UHGV virus genome: UHGV-1371085 | Strand: one strand, 5' to 3' | Length of the DNA: 48,079 nt | Source: a virus | Translations under genes and position numbers: made by a program | Shown here: in pieces, positions 43,813 to 48,079 of the stretch | Numbering within the stretch: the stretch's first letter is position 1 | Layout: each line of letters opens with the position of its first letter | The notes under the pieces: model-generated | Seen by the model: only the letters and a program-made list of their open reading frames with translations | What the model was told of the DNA's origin: nothing | Database searches by the model: none

Positions 43813-43853
43813 TTGTTACCTCCGGTGATGCAGATTATTTTATCATAATCCTA

Positions 43854-43883
43854 TTGACGTAGATTGAATCGTAAGCGATGATG
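43854..43883 (+). promoter_or_regulatory. promoter built on TTGACGTAGATTGAATC (-35) with a downstream GATGATGTAGTTAC element
   Basis: Lies 28 nt upstream of gene 43911. The -10 is weaker than in the sister promoters. A candidate leftward extended -10 (TGATAAAAT) for the lysis genes overlaps it on the minus strand. Confidence 0.4.
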
Positions 43884-43910
43884 TAGTTACACAAACACAG
43901 GGGATTCAAG

Positions 43911-44201
43911 ATGAAAAAATTAATCGCAGTAGCAATTATCGCAATGGCTTCATTTAGCGCATCGGCTGGCGAACTTTGCAATGCAATCGGCGAAGTCGGT
44001 CAGGCGGCAGCAGAAGCGCGTGATGCAGGCGTACCGAAGCATATTGCGCTGGCGGTATCGGTTAGCAACAAGGCGAGCGCAGAGGCCAACGAAATCAATA
44101 AAACAACCGTTGAGGCCGCATACCAGATGACAAACAAAACACCGAAAGAAATGTTTGCCATTGCGCGCGATGTCTGCATCTCAACTTTCGGTAATAATTA
44201 A
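43911..44201 (+). CDS. secreted small protein (signal peptide MKKLIAVAIIAMASFSASA; mature about 77 aa, two Cys)
   Basis: Sec signal with an SPase I site. It is divergent from the lysozyme gene. Confidence 0.5.
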   Translation: MKKLIAVAIIAMASFSASAGELCNAIGEVGQAAAEARDAGVPKHIALAVSVSNKASAEANEINKTTVEAAYQMTNKTPKEMFAIARDVCISTFGNN

Positions 44202-44328
44202 TGTGCCCGCGACTGATGTTTAAGGCCCGTAATCGCTACGTTAAGCTGGTGATGCGCGGCATGGATGAGCATGCAGCATGGCTGAATGTGATGGGTGAAC
44301 TGAAAAGCATTTATAAAGGAGATAAGAA

Positions 44329-45192
44329 ATGAAGCTGATTGATATGCTGGTTGAGGATGGTATGAATGGCTGGCAATGGCCGAATGGAGTCAAGTGCATC
44401 ACACAGGATTATGGTAGCGGTCCCATATACAGGGGTGTGGTATTTGGATACCGCGAAGAGCCGCATCTTAAAAAAAATATATGGTTAGCAAATAATGACT
44501 TAGGTCACGCAGACGTAACAGTAAAAAGATACGATGCTGTTGCTGACGATTGGGCCACAGCCATCATCACCCGCGAACAGTACGAAGCCGCGCTGGCCGC
44601 AAAGGATGAAGGCTGGATTGAGTGGGGTGGCGGTGAATGCCCGGTGGAGGAGGGCGTGCTGGTCGATGTGAAGTATCGAGATGGTGACGAGTTCCCTGAT
44701 GCGCTAGGGGTTCCTGCGTTGTCTGGAAATGGCACTGGTTCCGCATTCTGGGAGCGGGATGGTTATAACAACGACATCATCTCCTACCGCCTGCACAAGC
44801 CTCAGCAAGCTGAGCAACCAGAGGCGAGCGAAGAAGACTTGAATGAGTGCATTGGTCAGAATGCTGCGCCGGTTTGGAGTGGTGAAGGCCAACCACCGGT
44901 TGGGGTTGAGTGTGAATATTCATGGGCCGGTGAGCCGTGGGCCAGTGGCGTAATTCGCTACATCAGCAAGCATACAATAATCATTGAAACACAGGCTGAT
45001 TCTACTGGGGATACTGAGTGCGCCTACCATCCGACAGATATCAAGTTACGTCCATTCCGCACCGAAGCCGATCGGAAGCGCGATGAGGCGGTGAAAGCAA
45101 TTATGTTAACAGGATGGTGCCAGGCTGCCGCTGAGGAAATCTACGACCTCGTTGCTGCTGGAAAAGTGCCTGGCATGAAGCTGGAGGATTAA
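44329..45192 (+). CDS. hypothetical protein (287 aa) with an internal duplicated Trp/Gly/Glu/Cys segment
   Basis: WIEWGGGECPVEEGVLVDVKYRDGDE and WSGEGQPPVGVECEYSWAGEPW are similar. A short zinc-ribbon ORF at 45192-45314 follows. Confidence 0.45.
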   Translation: MKLIDMLVEDGMNGWQWPNGVKCITQDYGSGPIYRGVVFGYREEPHLKKNIWLANNDLGHADVTVKRYDAVADDWATAIITREQYEAALAAKDEGWIEWGGGECPVEEGVLVDVKYRDGDEFPDALGVPALSGNGTGSAFWERDGYNNDIISYRLHKPQQAEQPEASEEDLNECIGQNAAPVWSGEGQPPVGVECEYSWAGEPWASGVIRYISKHTIIIETQADSTGDTECAYHPTDIKLRPFRTEADRKRDEAVKAIMLTGWCQAAAEEIYDLVAAGKVPGMKLED

Positions 45193-45314
45193 TGATTATC
45201 ATCTGCGTGGCATGCAAGCACGAACATCACAACCGAGACAGGATTGAAAAGCCAGGCATTCTATATACGATGTGCCCAAAGTGTGGTTGCGGAGGGTTCA
45301 TTAAAAAGCGTTAA
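45192..45314 (+). CDS. small zinc-ribbon protein (40 aa)
   Basis: CVACKHEHHN...CPKCGCGG. Its ATG overlaps the previous stop. Confidence 0.3.
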   Translation: MIIICVACKHEHHNRDRIEKPGILYTMCPKCGCGGFIKKR

Positions 45315-45316
45315 CA

Positions 45317-45340
45317 GAAGCCGCCATTAGGCGGCTTTCT
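45317..45340. terminator. hairpin terminator between the plus-strand island and the MuF gene
   Basis: gaagccgcc atta ggcggcttt followed by CTTGTGTGT. The MuF stop lies inside the hairpin. Confidence 0.45.
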
Positions 45341-46223
45341 TGTGTGTATCCTGCCATGCTTCACGCTGCCTATCGAGCCTTTCCTGCGTTTTTTCAAGTA
45401 TCACAGGCTTACCATCCATCACCAGTGCCGGAGTCTGTGCACAGTGACAGTTTCGGCGGTTTGCACCTTCACTGTAGAACTCATCAATCTCTTCCGGGGT
45501 GTAGTATTTCCCATGGCGCGCGGCATGAGTGACGCGGGTGGTCTTCATCAGCGCCGACTGCCAGAGCATAATGGTATCCATCCCCAGCGTGACTTGTGCC
45601 TCTTTCACTTCGCGCCTGTTAGCCTCGCGTAGGGTGTTGGTGATTTCAGTCTGAGCAATTGATCGCGCGTAACTCCTTGATACATCCATGCGGTTAACGA
45701 TGTTTTGCTCAACCACTCCCGGAGCATCGCCATTTGCAATGCCAGCAGTGATGACTTCCGCCACCTGTTGCCGCGTGTAATCTGAAAGGCCACCCCAGTC
45801 GTTATACGTGCGCGTGTACGCAAGCTGAAGTCTGTCGAGATACGGCTGAGAGTACAGGATTTCAGCAAGCTGCCTGCTGTCTTTGTATGCCGACGACAGG
45901 TCGCCGAGGTCTGAGTTTGCCTTCTGCGTACCAGCATACATGGCATCGCTGACATAGGATGATGCCCACATCCTGCCATGTGTGAAATCATCACCTTCCA
46001 GCAACTGACCATCAAGAATGCGCTGAAGTTCATCAAAGAATGTCGATGCGCGGTAGGCGGAGAAATCATAATAATAATTTCCAGCATCCGCATTGCCGGT
46101 CGCCACGGGAATGGTGCGGAACAATTCGGCAACCTGAGATTTTAGCGTCACATATCTGGCGTCAACATCGCGCACCATCCTATTGACGCGACCCACTGCG
46201 CCGAGTGGGTCTGTCAGGCTCAT
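45327..46223 (-). CDS. head morphogenesis protein (Mu gpF / SPP1 gp7 family)
   Basis: The C-terminal half carries the F-like motif region ...SRSYARSIAQTEITNTLREA... It lies downstream of the portal gene. The start is chosen at MSLTD, downstream of the portal stop; the ORF-track start at 46376 would overlap the portal gene. Confidence 0.6.
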   Translation of the reverse strand: MSLTDPLGAVGRVNRMVRDVDARYVTLKSQVAELFRTIPVATGNADAGNYYYDFSAYRASTFFDELQRILDGQLLEGDDFTHGRMWASSYVSDAMYAGTQKANSDLGDLSSAYKDSRQLAEILYSQPYLDRLQLAYTRTYNDWGGLSDYTRQQVAEVITAGIANGDAPGVVEQNIVNRMDVSRSYARSIAQTEITNTLREANRREVKEAQVTLGMDTIMLWQSALMKTTRVTHAARHGKYYTPEEIDEFYSEGANRRNCHCAQTPALVMDGKPVILEKTQERLDRQREAWQDTHKKAA

Positions 46224-46251
46224 GCTTAATTTTGGCTGCGGAAGCCGGGCA

Positions 46252-47688
46252 TTAATTTTGAGGAGGCGCATCGGTCTGGCCCTGCTGTTGGTCTTGCTGT
46301 TGCTGCTGACCTTCCTGTAATCCGTCAGGAAACTGCTCTTCCAGAGGTTCCATGCCAACAATGCCACGCATCTCATCTGCGGTCATCAGGGCCATCTGGC
46401 CTGCGTCGAATACAGATTTGTTTGCAGCGGCAAGTTTGACCAGCAGGTCGGCCTTGTTCAGCTCGGAAGGTGCAAGCAGGTCATCCCATTTGCAGTAATA
46501 ACCGCTCTCTGGCGCCTTGTCCAGAATGCCAAAGGAAATCATCCGGTCGACGAATACCGAAATGATGTAATCCAGCCAGTCCTCACGGCGCTGCTTGGCG
46601 CTCATGGCATCGTCGGTTTTATCCTCATCGGACGCAAGGCGACCAGTCTGCTGACCAAACAGGATGGTGAATGGCTTTTTGATGGATGCTGCAAACTGGT
46701 TGGCCGCAATAGTCCACGTTGGCCCCGGGTCGGCTGGCGCCACTGAGAGCACTTTGACATCAGCGCCCATCGTGAACATCGCCGCGTCAATTGCCTCATT
46801 CAGGCGCGCCACATCCTCATTTAGCACATCTGCCAGTTCTTCCAGCGGTACGCCCATTTGCTGCGCCAGAGACTGAGCGGAAACGTTGTCTTTATTATAA
46901 TTAACGTTGAGCTGTCGGCTTGCATTCTTCAGGAAGCCTTCAGCGCTTGAGCCGGTGACTTTCGCCATGTCGATGAGGTGGTTGTACCCGGCACGCAGAA
47001 GCGGAACGCCAGAGTAAATGGAGCCATCCATTGCGCCCTCAGCAAATACGATAATGCGGTCAGGGTGAATGCTCAGGGAGCGCGTTGGTTTGCCGTCGCT
47101 GTTGCAGGCGCCGACTACCGACTCCTGATATTCGTACATCTTCGGCTGACCATAGTCCTCGCTGGCCTCGTCATTTTCCCACTCACTGACGCGGAGCTGC
47201 TCCTCCCACGCAGGAATGTAACGAACAATGGCGGCATCCTTGATGCGTTTTGTTTTCGTGGTGTCTACCGGCTCATTCCATTGCTTTCCATCACGGATTT
47301 GCAGGATAAGGCCGGAATAGCGGTTGATGAGGTTGCGGCGGTCAGCATCCTTGATGAATGGCGCAGCGCGCTTAAACAGCTTATTGGCTGCTTTCTCCCA
47401 CGGAGTGCTTGCTTTATCATCGGCGCCCTCCTGAAGGATTTGCGGCGGAGTCTGCCAGCACTTATCGAGCACGCGATTGACACCAGCGGTTGCCGGTGCA
47501 TAGCGCTCATAGGCATAGCGGAACATCTCGGCGGTGATTTCTTCAGGGTAGCCGCATTCAAGCCACAGCCGATCGTGTTTGTGGTCGATATTCTTCCCGC
47601 CAAACTCCCGGCGCTGCCGCTCGATGAGCCTGTTATTGTTCGCCACTCGCTGCTGAATATAGGCGTTTACCGCCTCTAACTTTGACAT
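46252..47688 (-). CDS. portal protein (putative, 478 aa)
   Basis: The size, the acidic Gln-rich C-terminus and the position immediately upstream of the MuF-like gene fit a portal. Confidence 0.6.
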   Translation of the reverse strand: MSKLEAVNAYIQQRVANNNRLIERQRREFGGKNIDHKHDRLWLECGYPEEITAEMFRYAYERYAPATAGVNRVLDKCWQTPPQILQEGADDKASTPWEKAANKLFKRAAPFIKDADRRNLINRYSGLILQIRDGKQWNEPVDTTKTKRIKDAAIVRYIPAWEEQLRVSEWENDEASEDYGQPKMYEYQESVVGACNSDGKPTRSLSIHPDRIIVFAEGAMDGSIYSGVPLLRAGYNHLIDMAKVTGSSAEGFLKNASRQLNVNYNKDNVSAQSLAQQMGVPLEELADVLNEDVARLNEAIDAAMFTMGADVKVLSVAPADPGPTWTIAANQFAASIKKPFTILFGQQTGRLASDEDKTDDAMSAKQRREDWLDYIISVFVDRMISFGILDKAPESGYYCKWDDLLAPSELNKADLLVKLAAANKSVFDAGQMALMTADEMRGIVGMEPLEEQFPDGLQEGQQQQQDQQQGQTDAPPQN

Positions 47689-47698
47689 TTCGTCACCA

Positions 47699-47726
47699 TA
47701 AAAAATCCCATCGCATGGATGGGATT
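47699..47726 (-). terminator. minus-strand hairpin terminator between the HNH gene and the portal gene
   Basis: aatcccatc gcatg gatgggatt is followed by TTTTTAT on the minus strand. Confidence 0.45.
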
Positions 47727-47735
47727 ATAGCATGG

Positions 47736-48079
47736 TCAGGGGTTGTTTTTTCTCACCATCTCAGCGACCCTTTCCCTTGCTGATATAGAGGCCATCTCTG
47801 CTTCATCTATAGTCTTGTAGTACCCTAAAGATTTCTGTTTCCCATTGATATTTATCGTCGCCCGATACAGCCCGCTTTTCTTGTGGAGAGACACGCCAGG
47901 TATTTGCAGGGAGCTACTCCTTGATAGCCTGGAAAACTTCTTCTCTTTTATCTTTTCGCCACCAATGCTTCTGCATCCGGATGGAGATATAGAAAGGTCA
48001 CTCCATCTTGAACTGAATGGGTTTTGTGATATGGAGTACACATTCTGCCCGTCAGGAGGGAAATCACCGGTCATATATA
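47736..48079 (-). CDS. HNH-AP2 endonuclease, C-terminal part (AP2 domain); continuation of the gene starting at 169
   Basis: LYMTGDFPPDGQNVYSISQNPF... then GVSLHKKSGLYRATININGKQKSLGYYKTIDEAEMA is an AP2 domain. The frame is contiguous with 1..169. The canonical IDHIDGN...N HNH core appears to be deleted or degenerate. Confidence 0.6.
   Translation of the reverse strand, partial: YMTGDFPPDGQNVYSISQNPFSSRWSDLSISPSGCRSIGGEKIKEKKFSRLSRSSSLQIPGVSLHKKSGLYRATININGKQKSLGYYKTIDEAEMASISARERVAEMVRKNNP

Noticed and set aside
1-48079. Temperate lifestyle: integrase, excisionase, CI-like repressor or attP
   Set aside because: No tyrosine or serine recombinase signatures and no repressor/Cro pair were found. 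The ParB-like gene is alone and has no ParA partner.

Overview
The window reads as a complete, circularly closed phage genome of about 48 kb. An HNH-AP2 endonuclease gene reads in frame from position 169 down to 1 and continues at 48079 down to 47736, giving the junction sequence ...RRLAW-LY-MTGDFPP. The gene content is that of a virulent siphovirus of an enterobacterial host, because it has Rz/Rz1 spanins, a Lar anti-restriction gene and an E. coli-like DnaN fragment, and no integrase or repressor was seen.

Most structural and lysis genes are on the minus strand. They include TerS/TerL, portal, MuF-like head morphogenesis protein, scaffold, decoration protein, major capsid, neck genes, an Ig-domain major tail protein, chaperone and tape measure. 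The tail tip is lambda-like (M, L, K, and an I-J fusion) and is followed by a beta-helix tailspike. The lysozyme, holin and Rz with embedded Rz1 are also on the minus strand.

One plus-strand block (7289-15596) carries replication and recombination genes. The only minus-strand gene inside it is the primase. The block encodes a 496-aa unknown protein, an HNH-AP2 endonuclease, an SF2 helicase, a VRR-NUC nuclease, a RecE-like exonuclease, a Sak4-like ATPase and SSB. It starts next to an AT-rich origin-like region that carries DnaA-box-like repeats.

The minus-strand late operon is interrupted by several plus-strand accessory islands. Each island has its own promoter and is closed by a rho-independent terminator. 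Many of these promoters are built on a recurring TTGACGTAGATTGA motif. The most unusual island (31088-33962) encodes a ParB-like protein and a 178-aa fragment of the host-type DnaN beta sliding clamp that keeps the RYYLNG, ATDGHR and C-terminal VMPMRL motifs.

Other notable genes are an HslV-like Ntn-hydrolase, four homing-endonuclease-like genes, Lar, and a three-gene operon containing the 496-aa protein with degenerate helicase-like motifs. Family-level assignments (T1-like or Drexlerviridae-like organisation) are inference only, because no database search could be run.
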